DNA from: Octopus vulgaris
Lineage: Eukaryota
Reading direction: 5' to 3'
NCBI GenBank assembly: GCA_951406725.2
Contig: OX597824.1
Location: 38,068,001-38,132,000 of the forward strand
Length of the DNA stretch: 64,000 nt
Numbering within the stretch: position 1 is the stretch's first letter; the number at the start of each line of letters is the position of its first letter. The notes below the pieces were generated by a model that worked only from the letters and a program-made list of their open reading frames with translations, had not been told where the DNA came from and made no database searches. Position numbers and translations under genes: made by a program. Positions 12,930 to 26,659 of the stretch are shown piece after piece.

Positions 12930-14260
12930 ATCATCATCATCATTATTTAAGGTCGGCTTTCCATCAAGACTTGAGTTTGACAGGAATTGGTGAACCAGAG
13001 GACTCCACCAAGCTCTATTGCCTGCTTTGGCATGATTCCTACGGCTGGATGCCCTTCCAAATGCCAACCACTCCGTAGTGTGTACTGGGTGCTTTTTACA
13101 TGGCACTCACGTCAGCAAGGTCACTGAGTAACTTGCAAGACAACACCCCGGAAATGAGTTATGAGAGAAAAGTATTGCGAGTGGTGGCTTTGTGCCTGGT
13201 GATGGAAAGATAACATGTGACAGAGGAACAGAAATGGGTGTCTTGCAGTAGAGAAACTAACCCAGTTGGAAAAAGTGAAAGTAGTGGTGAAGATGTCCTG
13301 GTTTACCTTCAAGTTAAAGTGGGGTGTATATAAGTGGTACAGAGGGTTGGGTAAGATGAGTGGGCAAGTAAGTTGTGAGAGTGTGAAAGAGTGGGAGATG
13401 GAATGCAATGAGTTAGGAGAAGGTAGGAAGATGAGTATTTGTCAGGGTTAGATTGTGTGCAGGAGTATAGATATAAATGACATACCTTTGGGGCCCACAT
13501 TTCTTAGATTTATTGGTATTTTCAAACACTGCAAATGGCCTATCATCTTGGTCCTTTTTCATCTCTCTTGTGGAGTTCAACATATGAAGGTCATTTTTCA
13601 CCACTTCATCTCATATCTTCCTGGGTCTTCTTCATCTATAAGTTCCTTTCACATTTATAGATTAGCACTTTTTTATGCAGTTGCCTTCATCCATATGCAT
13701 CACATGACTATACCAATGCAGTTCTCCCTATTACATACTACATCTGATTCCTCTTATGCCCAGCTTTTTCCTATCTCAAAAACACACTTTGTCATACATG
13801 CTCAAAGACAATGCACATCCAGCAGAGCATGCTAGCTTCATTTTTTTTTCACGCCTTCGTATATCCCCTTTCATTCTGATGATGAGGCCCTATATTACCA
13901 ACAAAGGTAAAAGCTCTCTGAGTTTTCCCCAGCTGGTTCTTATTCTAATGACTACACTTTTAGAGCATGGTCCTCCACTGCTAACTTGATCATTTAAGCA
14001 ACAGAAACTATCTACTACCTCTAAAAATTCTCCTAGGTATTTGAAGAAATCTGTTTCCTCTGTGTTCTTGATGTTTATTTCTCCTGCACATCTGTCACAC
14101 TTTTCTCTGTTAACCTTCCTGTGATTCCACTGCACTTCCCATGCCAATAGCTTGCACTGGGTACACTGTATGGAATTTCTACCTATACCTTTTCTACATA
14201 TCAAGCAGGGCCATTTCACTGAAGGGTTTAGTAATTTGTCTCCTTTCTTCCACACCTGAA
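12930..14260 (-). mobile_element. 5'-truncated RTE-clade LINE, 3' portion
   Basis: ORF 13890-14255 has KWPCLICRKGIGRNSIQCTQCK and LEVVDSFCCL...GGPCSKSVVIRIRTSWGKLRELLPLL, typical of the region after RTE RT. It ends in the (GAT)n tail shared with SINEs. Confidence 0.8.
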
Positions 14261-14309
14261 ATTTCTCCTAATTTTATTATACATTCAGCTGTAAGGTCAG
14301 ATTTATATA

Positions 14310-15224
14310 TGAGGTTCCAAACAAAATGTTCCCAGACTAATTATGTTTAATAAAAAAAAATAACTTTATTTAAGTTTTAACATCATCATCTCCTTTGAAA
14401 TAGTCACTTTGTGCAGTCATGCACTGGTCCCAGTGTTCCTGCCACTTTTTCAATCTGGCCTGGAAGTTGTTTTCTGTAATTCACTCTACAATTCACTCTT
14501 GATCTCATCAACGATGTTAAAACAGCAACTGTTGAGCTACATTTTCATCTTGGGGAAGAGATAGAAGTCTGCAGGTGCTAAATCTGGCAAATAGGGCTGG
14601 TGCAGAAATGAAACCATGTTGTTTTTGGTGAGAAACTCATGAGTGAGGAGAGTTTGGTGATAAGGTGTTAACATTGTCATCATAAAGAATTCAATTCTTC
14701 ACACTCAACAGATCCGGTCACTTTCACTGAATGCCCCCTCCCCACTCTAATACTTCAAAACAGCAATGATTGTCCTCTGATTATCCACATTGCATAAGCT
14801 AATGAATGTCCTCCATATCTCCATGGATGACGCTTGTAGCAGGTTTTCCTGTTTGCTCATTGTCTCCCAGGAACGTTCTACCACTTTTGAAATGCCTGTC
14901 TCTTGAAACATTGTGTACAACCCATTACCTCATCATTGTAAGCTTGCTGAAGCATGCTCGATGTCTCTGTTGCAAACTTCCCAAGTTTAATGCTAAATTT
15001 CATATTGGCTCTTTGTTCCAACTTCCTGTCTGACAAAAATCACAGACTACAACATACACATGATCACAAAAACACAAATTTCACTACTTGTGAAGTAAAC
15101 AGTGATGTCACCTGGCACACTGCCTCATGAAGGCCACTGCTAGCTCTCACTGTGCATGCAACTGAGTGCTGCTATCTGCTGGTGTCCTACAGAACTAATC
15201 TGGGAATTTTTTGATGCCTCCTTG
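14310..15224 (-). mobile_element. Decayed mariner-type element with internal deletions
   Basis: Imperfect TIRs TGAGGTTCCAAACAAAATGTTCCCAGACTA / TAATCTGGGAATTTTTTGATGCCTCCTTG with TA flanks. A PDLAPADF-like relic (CCAGATTTAGCACCTGCAGACTTC) is on the - strand at ~14565-14588. Confidence 0.7.
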
Positions 15225-15299
15225 TATTTAGATATAATATACACATGTATGCATGATGTGTGTGTAGAGTTGCATGTATAGTGTCTAGATGCGCATTAT

Positions 15300-16090
15300 A
15301 TATAGTCGACTGATGAGATCCAGAGATTCCCAGTATAGAAAACACTTAGTAGCACTCAGATGATTTTGAACTTAGACTGCGATGTCTTTACAAGCGGCCC
15401 ATTCCATGGGGGAGAGGAATCCAGGTGAGCAGATATGGAGGCAATTATGCAGATAAAGAAATTAAATATAATGGCTTGAGTGTGTGTGTATGTGTGTGTG
15501 TATACATGCAAACAGAAAGAAAGCAAAGACCGGAGATTTTTAGATGAATATTTAAGTATAAATATATATTTATATAGTAATAGCTCAAACTTAGGGTACA
15601 AATGACAGAAAAATTAAAGGGAAGGCGGTAAGGTGTTATAAGTCCAACAGCTGTTTCTGGGGGCTTGGAGTTCCCCAAAATATTCAGCCAGTTATGGAAG
15701 CAAGGTAGTTTAAAGGTGGAATGCTTAAATGTGGAGAGCAAGCAGTATTTGAGGGAGTAGGAGGCTCAGTGGGGGTGTGGGGAGTGTTGAAGCTAGGAAC
15801 AGTAAGAGGAGATAAGAGAGTGAGTTCAAGAAGATGGAGAGAGGTTAGCAAGGTCCCCTTACAATGGAGTTCTGATCCCACATCTGAGTCAGTGCTGTGT
15901 TCATTTATCTCCCTACCAATCTATAATACACAGTATATGGATTTATCTAATTTGGTGGCAGTTTATAACACACTAGTGCAGGGTACACTAGAATAAATTA
16001 TTTTCCCATGATATTGACTGCAAACCAATCATCATCCTTTGGATATCAACTGGTGAAATAAATATATTTATCTCATTCCTCCTAACGTTA
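15300..16090. mobile_element. Probable Penelope-like relic
   Basis: CTGATGAG at 15310 (+) and GAAACAGCTGTT with a self-complementary core on the - strand at ~15647-15658. Boundaries are uncertain. Confidence 0.35.
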
Positions 16091-17219
16091 TATATATATA
16101 TATATATATATAGTGGGGAAGAAGACACCTAATGACTTAGGTACATAGGATGAGTGCTCAGCCCAATTAAAGGACCTAAACTTCGACCTTAAGTGCAGAA
16201 ATGGAATAATGTTATAAATTTGATACATTGAGATTGCCTGTTCAAACTTTTTTCCTGTTGTGTGTGTGTATATATATATACATACAAACACACACACACA
16301 CACATATATATGTATAAAAATATATATATAAAAATACAAAATGGGACAAGAACGCAAAACGCTCAGAGACGACACAAAAAACGGACGGGTCATTCGAAGC
16401 CTCTAATCTTACACACACATATATATACATATACACACATACATACACACACACACATATATACACACACATACACACACACACACACACACACATACCA
16501 TGACCGATATCCAAACTACAGTGGAAAAGGCTAGCCACTGGATTTGGTTAAAAAGAGACAATGAGCAATGGCTAGAATATTGAGCTTTATTTGATAACCA
16601 GTTGATCTAGCAAGCAGGGCCTCATTTTATGAAGGGGGCCAGTGTGCATTGATGCTGTCGAGAGGTAGGCCCCAAAACAGCGCACATTCTCTCCTGATGA
16701 CCCCTTACACTTGCTAGCTTCCAGTATGCGGAGTTCTTGACGGGTAGCACTTGCATGTGCAAGCTATTTGCAAAACATACATACAAACAATATATATAAG
16801 AAGAATGCTTGTAATTATGAACAAGTCACTATTATAACTAAGCGGGTTTCAAAAACCCTTACATATTTAGAAATAGCAGTCAAAACCACTACAAAGCCAC
16901 TATTATCACTCATATTATTTCTCCTCACAATAAAAGTTGTCTGTGGATGACATGACATATAGAATCCACAAGTTAAAAATAAATGGTTAATTCCTTATTG
17001 CAATTTTAACATTAGGAACCTATTAAGTGTCCCATTTGTCTCATCAGGGGAATATTCCTGTGGATAGAAATCAATGCAAGACCTTACCTTGGGGCTTACA
17101 TGTATCCCAACTGGCAAGAATAATGTGTCAACCTCTATTTACACATTTAGGTTTTGAATTCAAATGTCATGCATAGCGTTTATTAGAAAAGACTGGTAAA
17201 TTCATACACATACACATAA

Positions 17220-17500
17220 CACCATCATTTAACATCTGCTTTTCATGCTGTCATGGGTTGGTTGCTTTGGCAGAAGCTGGCAAGTCAGAGAGCGGTGCCA
17301 AGCTCTACTGTCTGCTTTAGCCTGGTGTCTGCAGCTGGGTGTCCTTCCTAACACTAACCACGTCACAGAGTGTACTGGGTGCCATTTATTTGGCACTAGC
17401 ATCAGTGAGGGCACCGAGTAACTTGCAAGACTAGACTCTCAACTGATGTGGGGGAGTATTATTGAGGGAGGTGGCTTTGTGCCAGGTGATGAGGTTAACA
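17220..17500 (-). mobile_element. SINE/RTE 3'-tail repeat
   Basis: Similar to 12930-13210 (GCTGGRTGYCCTTCCWAAYRCYAACCAC...GAGTAACTTGCAAGAC). Confidence 0.7.
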
Positions 17501-18054
17501 TCTACTTCATTCATCCAACTTTTACAGGTATGGAAAAGTGGATGCTAAATGACGATGTATATTTACTTTTGTATTTGAGAAGTTTGCTTCATAGCCAAAT
17601 AGTTTGAGTCCTGTCCCACAGTGTGGTAGCCTGGGAAAACATCTCTTTTTGCCTCTATTTGACCTTGAGACTAAAGCCTGTTGCTTATGTAGGTATATTC
17701 ATATATGTAGGGCCTTAAACGTGAAGCCTGACTTCACTGGTTGTGACATAGCAGTCTCTGCTAAAGTCCTGTATGGTACCAGGTTGTGTCTTTATTTTAC
17801 AATTATGGCCAGTTATTTGCAATCTTCTATGAAAACATGTCTAGCTATGGGTGTTGTACATGTTCAAAGGATGAGTGGAAATAATACTTTGCTTGGAAAC
17901 AGTATGGTGTGGTGACAGGAAGAGCAACCAGCTATAGAGAAGCTGCTTTGATGAATTTCGTCAGGCCTGTGTAAGCATGAAAAAGTAGACCTGAGAATAA
18001 TATTATAATGATGATGATGATATCTGTGCAAGATCTATAGATGTATAATATATA

Positions 18055-18303
18055 TCGTTGCTATTATGCAAAAGTGTCGTAAGTCCAAAACGTTGCTTTT
18101 TCAGAAAATGAAAAACTAATTTCACCATTCCATAGCAAAACTGTTGTACTACACTTTGGCAATTTTTGATATCTTGGCTTCTGAAGCTGCTGGAGATATG
18201 AAAGTTTTACCGAAAGAACTGGCTATTGCAAGCAAAAATAAATGTTGAAAAAAGTACATTTGGCCAAATTTGGACATAGGACAGTTTAACATAATAGCAA
18301 TGA
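18055..18303. mobile_element. MITE with ~35-bp imperfect TIRs
   Basis: TCGTTGCTATTATGCAAAAGTGTCGTAAGTCCAAA versus TTTGGACATAGGACAGTTTAACATAATAGCAATGA, in TA-rich flanks. Confidence 0.7.
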
Positions 18304-18384
18304 AATATATATATATATTATATAAATGATGAGGATATGTTATCTAATATATATATATGCACACACATTATACATATTTTCTTC

Positions 18385-18560
18385 TCTCGGCAAAAGGCCT
18401 GGAATTTTTTGGGGGTGGGGCTAGTCGATTAGGTCAGCCCCAGTACACAACTGGTACTTAATTTATCAATCCCGAAAGGATGAAAGGCAAAGTCGACCTC
18501 GGCAGAATTTGAACTCAGAACGTAAAGACAGGCGAAATACCACTAAGCTATCGTTTCTGC
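18385..18560 (-). mobile_element. SINE, same family as 379-550
   Basis: CTGGTACTTAATTTATCAATCCCGAAAGGATGAAAGGCAAAGTCGACCTCGGCAGAATTTGAACTC. Confidence 0.8.
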
Positions 18561-20521
18561 CATATATTGTATGCCTAATATTGCTGCCTTATATTGTATA
18601 TATAATATATTGTATGCATTATAGATATGGATGGATGTATATGTGTTTGTGTGTATGTCTGTGTTTATAATATCATTGTGAATGAGTGTATAGCCCCAAC
18701 ATATATCTAAGTACACACACATACACACACCCATATACTAGAGGAGATGATGGGGGAATGAGATGGATGGCAATATTTTGTGCTTGAAAAGACCTATCCA
18801 TCTTTCAATCCAGAATTGAGGTTCTGTCAAGCCTGCCCTGATAAATCATTTTCTAGCACCCTTTTTCCATCAGTCTTCTATGTTACCCTATTTCCTTCAT
18901 CTTCCCCTGGACTGTACCGATGTCCTCTGCATCCAACTCACTCGTTATTTTCACTCACTGCACTTACACATTCACCTTTTACCTTCTTCTTTCCTATTCT
19001 GTCTTTATTCCATCTTGTACCTGAATCCTGCATCTCCTTCTTTCTCATTTTCCAAGGGGGCAAGCCCTGTATTCACCTCTTCATTATGACATCTGCTCCT
19101 CTCCCTCTATCATAGTTCCTTATTCCTTTAGTCTATATACTGCTCAGTCGAGAGGTATTATGGGTACTTGGCGACCTCACCAGTGCTGGTGCCATGTAAA
19201 AAAAACTGCCCAGTACATCCAACTCGTGCCAGCATGGAAAAGGGGAGATTAAATGGTGATGATACTAGGTGCAGCATGGTCAAAATGTTAAGATGGTCAC
19301 TTCACAGCCATAAGATTTTGGATTTCATTCCAGTCTGCAGCATGTCGGGTAAATGTTACTTTCCATAGCTTCAGATCAATGAAACAGAATTGATGGGAAG
19401 TATGTAGAAGTGTGTTGTGCTGATTCAGCCTTGTGTGCTGTATCATGCTGATTCTATCTGAGAATTTCATTAATGATTCATTTGTCTGTAGGACACTTGG
19501 CCATTTGAAAGTTAATTCAGGAATAAGTAGCTTAGTTTATTAAATGGCTGAATGCTTCACTGAATAATGGTTACCAACCACATTTATGTGTATGTATGTG
19601 TATGTATATATATATAGTGTATAATATATACACACACACACATGCACACTTTTGTGTCAATTTTTTAATGTTCATATATTCATTAGCAATGTAACAAAAT
19701 TCTTTGATTAGTTGTTAGCAAATTGTTTTCTACTTACTAATTATTTTCTGTGAAAAAAAGGAAAAAAGAAATCATTGCTGCCAATCAAAGATCTAAATTA
19801 CTGTTTTCTAGCAAATAGTTTTTCATGAGACAGAAATCAACTTCTGAAAGACAGCACTGAATATACCAAACATGGAATTATTATCACTTGTAGAAGTTAG
19901 ACTTGGTGCAGTACATTTGAATTTACAATGTTGCCGAATCCATGAATGATGGAATTTGGTTGATTGTTAATACAATACCATTGAAAATTTTTTTGTAACA
20001 TAGGTACAATTATGAAATTTTTTTTTGTTGGGTGACAGGGTAGTTGATTATATCAACCTTAGTACTTGATTGATACTTTATCAACTTCGGAAGGAGCAGG
20101 AAGCAAAGCTGTCCCTGACAGCATTTGAACTCGGTGAAATGTTGAAACAAAATACTGTCAAACATTTGTCTGACACTAATGCTTCTTCCATTCTTCCACC
20201 CTGCTGCTCTTTAGCATTGGGATAAAGCTGAATAATTGATGAGGATTAATACCACCAGCTCTAATATGAGACAGGCAGTTAATTTTATTGATCTTGAAAC
20301 GATGAAAGGCAAAGTTGACTTCAGGAAGAATTGAACTCAGAACTCTAATGATTGTGTCCATCCTTCTTAATTATACTATTAAGAATGAGAGTTAAATATT
20401 TTTGGTAATCAATATTCATTATAGATATTGCAATATGTTTTCATACTGAATATTCTTAGTTAGACTCAGTATCTAACATCTAAATAATGTTTGACTTCTG
20501 TTTTGGTTTAATTTTAACCAG

Positions 20522-20541
20522 GCTATTCAAAATAGATCAAA
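20522..20541 (+). CDS. Candidate 20-nt microexon (AIQNRS-K/N if phase 0 to 2)
   Basis: TTGACTTCTGTTTTGGTTTAATTTTAACCAG acceptor and AAA|GTAAGG donor. Confidence 0.35.
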
Positions 20542-21846
20542 GTAAGGGTAGATTTTATAAATTTTAATTTTTTTTACATTTTCTGGGGTATATGATATCC
20601 AATACATTTTTGTTATGGTTTACTTATTTGTACAAATGACTGACAGTCTTCTGATTTTGGTTTGCATTCCTTCTGCCTTCAGAGATTTGATAATTTAGTA
20701 TCAATTAGATAAATTTGTCTTTTCAAATTTTGATTTGTTTTTGCAAGAATCTTTTTTTTTCTTATTCGATGAAAATCTGCAATTTTCATGAATTTTTAAA
20801 ATAACTGATCAAGTGAACCTATTACAAAGGGAGAAGGCAAAAGTTATGAGGCTTTCATCAAATAAGTTTGCTTTCTAGAGCTGTCATTGGTTGTTAGAGT
20901 ATGTATTTACTATTAGATGGATTGAAATATAATGAAAGTGGTTCCCTGGTTGGTGATATTTAGCTTCAGTGTCTGAACTAGGGTAAAAATGAGTAGAATA
21001 GTTTATTGACATTACAAGAGATGTCTCACAAGAAAATTTTTTAAATCACTGACACTAATTAATTAAGCTTTAATTAAATCTTTTTTCCTAACTTTTAAGA
21101 AATTTATTGGAGGCTATTTAAGTGTTGTAGTATAGCTATGGTTGGTGTTAATCCAAGATGCTTTGTGATTTCATTGAAAAATCATTAAAATAGGATTAAA
21201 AGAAGGGATGACTGTCAGCCAAAGCTAAAAGTTGTTTATCTTTTTTCATTAGAGATCAAATCAAGCAATTTTTGATAAATATTTTTGAATATCTATAATA
21301 ATAGAAGTAAAATTCTATCTGTCCATCTGGGATGCCTGTATCTCAGCTTACATTTACTCTATGTAGACATATACCTTTTTGTAATGAGAATGATCCCATG
21401 TTTGAAAATCTGCCCTTTAATGGTTCTTGAACATCCAGCATTGGGATCTGATTTAAAAGCATTTGGGTTGCTATTTCTAGCCGATAAAGCTTGGCTTATT
21501 CACACCATTTTGGTGGTGTTTGTCAGATGATGTTACAGATCAAGGGTGAGATAAATGACATTCACTTCATTGACTTTGTCGAGATAAAAACTTTGAGACA
21601 AATTGGCCAACAGTTGGAATTCAACTTAGGATTAGAACAATAAAATGATTGCATTACAGAATTAATTCTCATCCATCCTTAACCTCTGATCAAACACAAC
21701 CGGGGCATATAGTCATTATAGATGTATTATAGTCATGCTATTTATCTCTCTTTAGTTTTGGGCCACAGGCTCAATTAGTCCTCTGTAGAAGCTAGCTTAA
21801 AAAAGTCTGCATGGAGTGCAGCTTTTAAGCCAGTAAAGTATAAAAT

Positions 21847-22184
21847 AACAATTGCAGCGTGGAAAGTGTTTATTAGCCATTTAAGAAACACACAAAACTG
21901 TTAGATTCACTTCAACATTTAAATTTAATTTGTCAAAATATTTTCGTCACTTTGAGACCGCGACTTGTTCACTGACAAAACAGATGCAGCATGAAGTTTT
22001 GTCAGTGAACAGGTTGCAGTCTCAAAACGACAAAAATATTTTGACAAATTAAACTTATATGTTGAAGTGAATCTAACGGTTTTGTGTGTTTCTTAAATGG
22101 CTTATAAACACCTTCCACGCTGCAATTGTTTTCGTTCCAGCACACGATCTCAGATCAAGTCACTTGCTATGCAAGTACATCTCT
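21847..22184. mobile_element. Palindromic insertion: 135-bp arms, 54-bp one-sided extension, 14-bp TSD
   Basis: Arms 21847-21981 and 21996-22130. TSD GTAAAGTATAAAAT at 21833-21846 and 22185-22198. Confidence 0.9.
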
Positions 22185-23509
22185 GTAAAGTATAAAATGA
22201 TAATCAATTAATATGTCATAAAGAGTTCTCTGGTATAGTCGTAATATGATTAGATCTTTCAACTGTAAATATTGTCCTGTTGCTTAAATTTCTTGAGAGA
22301 TATTTTATAAAACATCATTCTGAAGAATTCAGTCTGATTGCATAGCATCATCTTGGGCAAGTTACCAGTGCCTTGAGATTGGAATTTGGTAGAGAGAAAC
22401 TGTGCTGATGCTCATTTTACATGTATGTATTATGTTTCTTTGTCATGTAACTTAGGAATTCAACAGAGATCAATCAAACCACTACTAAACTGAATTACTG
22501 GTATCAATATTATTGGCTAAACCTGAAGACTCTGCTGGGTAACATTACTAAAACAATATGTCTCAGTAGAATTCACGAAATATTTATTCAAATAAGATAG
22601 TCTTCAAGAAATACCATCTTTTAGAAATGAAAGAATATCATCAGTAGTTACAATAAACATGGGGTGGGGTTCCAGAACCACACACATTGGTGTGTTCTTT
22701 AGTTGTATTAGCTATATTTTATGGAAAACTTTCATTAACCAACTTAATTAGCATACTGGCTTTATTTACATGCAACCTCCCCTTAGAGCATATGTGCACA
22801 CAACACATCTGCACACGTACTATAGTGTGTGTGTACTACTCTACATGAAAAAATTTAACCCCTGTTAATGGCACCAATTTTCACTTCACCTTACTCAGTA
22901 TTTATTTGTTGCCTGACTAGTTTTGTTGTTATTTATTCTAATTATCTTCATTGCTGCCACAGCCCTGAAAAGTAATTATTGATTTTGTACTTCAATGTGA
23001 ATAAATTATTAAAGGAAATCTTATCAGCTACAATCAGCTATTAACATCATTGACAGGGTCTTGAGAAGTGCAACATAAAGCTAAACCAATTTTTCCTCTG
23101 GCTCATTGATGTAAACATGAGCCACATTTCCAAGATATATTTGTAGAGAACAAAAACATTAACTAGTTTCTAAATATAAGTCTCAAAGCACTTCTAGTAT
23201 TAAACATGGAAATATATGCATTCTACGAATACAATTTTGAAAGATCAATAAAGCCAGTAAGGATTTTTACTTAATGATATTCGTGCTAAAAAACATAATA
23301 ATGACTGGTTTTTGTTTGCCTGTATTTAACTAAATTAGAAATGGTACTTGGTTGGATACGGTGATGTTTCCAGCTGGTCCAATCAGCAGAACACCCTGCT
23401 ATGCATTTTGTCAAGCATGCTAACAATTCTGCCAACTCACCGTCCTGTATTGTATATATTATATGAACTATATATTATATAGTATAGAAAACATATATGT
23501 ATATAACTG

Positions 23510-23798
23510 GTATTCTGTTGATTACTATGACAAGGGTTCCAGTTGATTCAGTCAATGGAACAGCCTACTCATGAAATTAATGTGCAAGTGGCTAGGGACT
23601 CCACAGACATGCGTACTCATAACATAGTTCTCAAGGAGAATGTGACAAAGCCGACCCTTCAAATTACAGGTGCATCTCACTTTTGCCAGCTGAGTGGACT
23701 GGAATAAAGTGCCTCGCTCAAGGACACAATGCACTGCTTGGAATCAAACCTGCAACCTTATGGTTGTGAACCGAATACCCTATCCACTAAGCCATGCA
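23510..23798 (-). mobile_element. tRNA-derived SINE
   Basis: On the - strand it begins GCATGGCTTAGTGGATAGGGTATTCGG and has a GGTTTGATTCC B box. It is homologous to 48138-48420 (+). Confidence 0.8.
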
Positions 23799-26010
23799 TC
23801 AAAGAAGTGATTTAGAGAAAATAAAGCTAGTATATATTCAGTTTGACAGCCGTACACTTTGTTAATTTAATCCCACGCTGGTTTGTTCATGTCTGTTGGC
23901 CTTTATAAATAGTATTTCTTCTGTTACAATGAACAAATAAGTAGGACAATGGATCCTATCTCTTGGATCATTAGTTTGCTTCCTACTGCTCTACTAATCT
24001 CAGGCAAGGCAATTTAGTCTCTCTCAAATGCCTCAAATTCATTTATAGCATTTGTTATTTTTAAGGTAAGCTCTTTGTTAAAAAAACAAAAATGGTCTAT
24101 GATTACATTTCCCAGTTTTGATTTTTGGATATAAGTTCATCTAATCTCTCTGAGATTATAAATTTCACAAAATTTCCATTTCTCTATGGTTAAGTTTGTG
24201 ATATTGTCCCTAAAATCGAAATTATCATCATTGTTTCAAACAAAAGTCACTTCAGTAGACGACCAAGTCAATAGTGCAGGCTGGGGATGCAGAAGGGCAA
24301 CAATTTGTACCCTATCGCTCATGATACATTGCATGTGGTACAAAAAAAAAAAATAGCAGAAAGATGAGATAAAAAACAAACAAACAGGATGTATTAGGTT
24401 GATGCTCAGGAAATTGGAAAAAGTCTTTACTATTTCAAGCCTATGCTTTTGTACAGAAAAGCTTGACAAAAAAATGAGGAAAAGAACAAGTATGTCTCGA
24501 TTAGATGGTCATTACATGCTAAAAAAGGAAAATAGTTCATGGATAAGACACTTGTTCTTTCATATGGTTTCCTTTAAAAATCCAGTTGGTGTATATAACC
24601 TCAGCTTCATGGATGGTTTTGGGATTGAAGTGGTTTGGATGTGCAACACCACCTGGTCTCTGTCCTATGGGAATACTCAACAGGCCATGTACCTAAGGGA
24701 TTCCCCACTGTTGCAAGGTGGCTCTAATTTAATACATACTGAATTAATTCACTGCAGTAGACACCCTTAGTTTTTGAAAATCAAGTATTTTATTTTCTTA
24801 CTGGACTGAATTTAATTATTGTAATGAGAAACCTAGTTATAGTAGACCAACATCCTAAGGGAAGGTTTTTCTTGCATACATTTGGTGCTGGAGATAAGAG
24901 TAAAACATCAGTGACTTAGATCTTTGCCAAAGATTAGTTTTTTAGCACCATAACTACTGCTGCTACTATTATTATTATTGCTAACATCTCAGAGTGGTTA
25001 ACACCCTATCCACTTAGATGCCATGTTGGTGAAAGTCTAAGGATCTAAATTAATAATTAAAAACCATCAATTAATTTGTCAAATATGCAAATTAATTAAA
25101 ATAGTGTCTGCTAACTACCAACTAGTGTTCATATTTGTTATAGCAATTACCATCGAGCTACTTAGATGACCATATCTGGATATTAAAATTAAATATTAGT
25201 GGCCATGTAGTTAGAACTAATAACTGTAACTAAATCTCTCTCCCTTTCTTAGACTGAGTGAAGCAAATATGAGATGAAGTTTATTAATCGTTGTGTGTTT
25301 ATATTTAAAATTAATTTAATATAATTTTTAAAACTTGAATCTTATGTAGGAATCACTTGCTAATTATTTCTAATGAGTGTTGGTAATTAGTGTTCGTATC
25401 TGCTTTTACTTTTAGTGTTTCCTTTATATTCTAACTAGATATAAAAATTCACCTAGTTTAAATATAGACTTTAGGTTTCTTTTGTTTGTATTTTCAAAAC
25501 TAATGAAAAACAGCATTAAATTAGTAAATGATAATAATGCTTACTAATTTCTTACATTGACACATTTTGGATGATGGAATTATCCATAAAAATTGACTAC
25601 AGTACTTCACTGGTATTTGTTTCTTGGATTGAAGCATTTTTTATCTGTAAGTTGACTTCAGTTTAATTTAGGATGCCTAAATTAATTACAAACTTAATGG
25701 AAAGACATTTTAAAATATTTTCATTATCTACGTTATTGAGAACAAATTCAAGATTCTGTCTGGTAATTAGGAAATCATATAACATTCATTCAATTTATAA
25801 AGTTGTTTTGCTCACTTTTATCTACTATATAGTTATCTACTATATTCTTAATTGTACCCCCACTCTCTTTCTGCCCAAGCATTGACCATTTTTCTCATAG
25901 AACGCCATGATATAACATTTAATGCATACTGAGATATAATAAATCTCTGAGTGAGGTATAAACAGTAGCTGCACAACATCATGAAGTATATTTGCCACCT
26001 AAATGTGGCT

Positions 26011-26124
26011 AACCCTTAAGGATTGATGCTACTGTAACCCTTTGCAAGTACTGATAGGGCACAGTGTGTCAGTAGCCAGCTGGAGGAGATGTCTTCCTGG
26101 AGCTACAATAGCATCAACCCTTAA

Positions 26125-26129
<5 letters not shown>
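26011..26129. mobile_element. Tiny MITE-like inverted repeat (~120 bp)
   Basis: AACCCTTAAGGATTGATGCTACTGTAAC / GCTACAATAGCATCAACCCTTAAGGGTT. Confidence 0.65.
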
Positions 26130-26156
<27 letters not shown>

Positions 26157-26659
26157 TCCAAGATTATTGAATTGCTAGAGCTTATGCATAAATTAATGTT
26201 ATATAAGAAACCTAATTAGTTCTAGAGTTAATTTTATATTTCAAATGCATCTCCACTCCCTGTGTAGTTTGTGATATATATATTAAAAATTGTACTTGAA
26301 TGTTAATGAGAGGTTGATTTGCAACATTTAATTTAGGAATATAGAAAAATTTTAAAGAAATAGTATTGACATCTGGGCATCCATGACATCAGGGCAATAA
26401 TGTAGATGAAATCAACATCCAGTGTATATCTGGAGTAAATTTCATTGGTGGGTATCAGAGTTATGTTAAGACAAGAAGTTGTTTGAATGAAAGAGTAAAA
26501 GCTGATTCTGTAGTTGGTCATATTGTCTCAATAGCAATGAGAACAAGAAGGAAATTTCTATAAACATAGCCTCACCATGCTGCACCTGGAATCTCTGTCC
26601 TGTATAAATTTTGGTATTCCTCCCTTTCATGTTGTATATCTCTGCTAATATCATCAATT

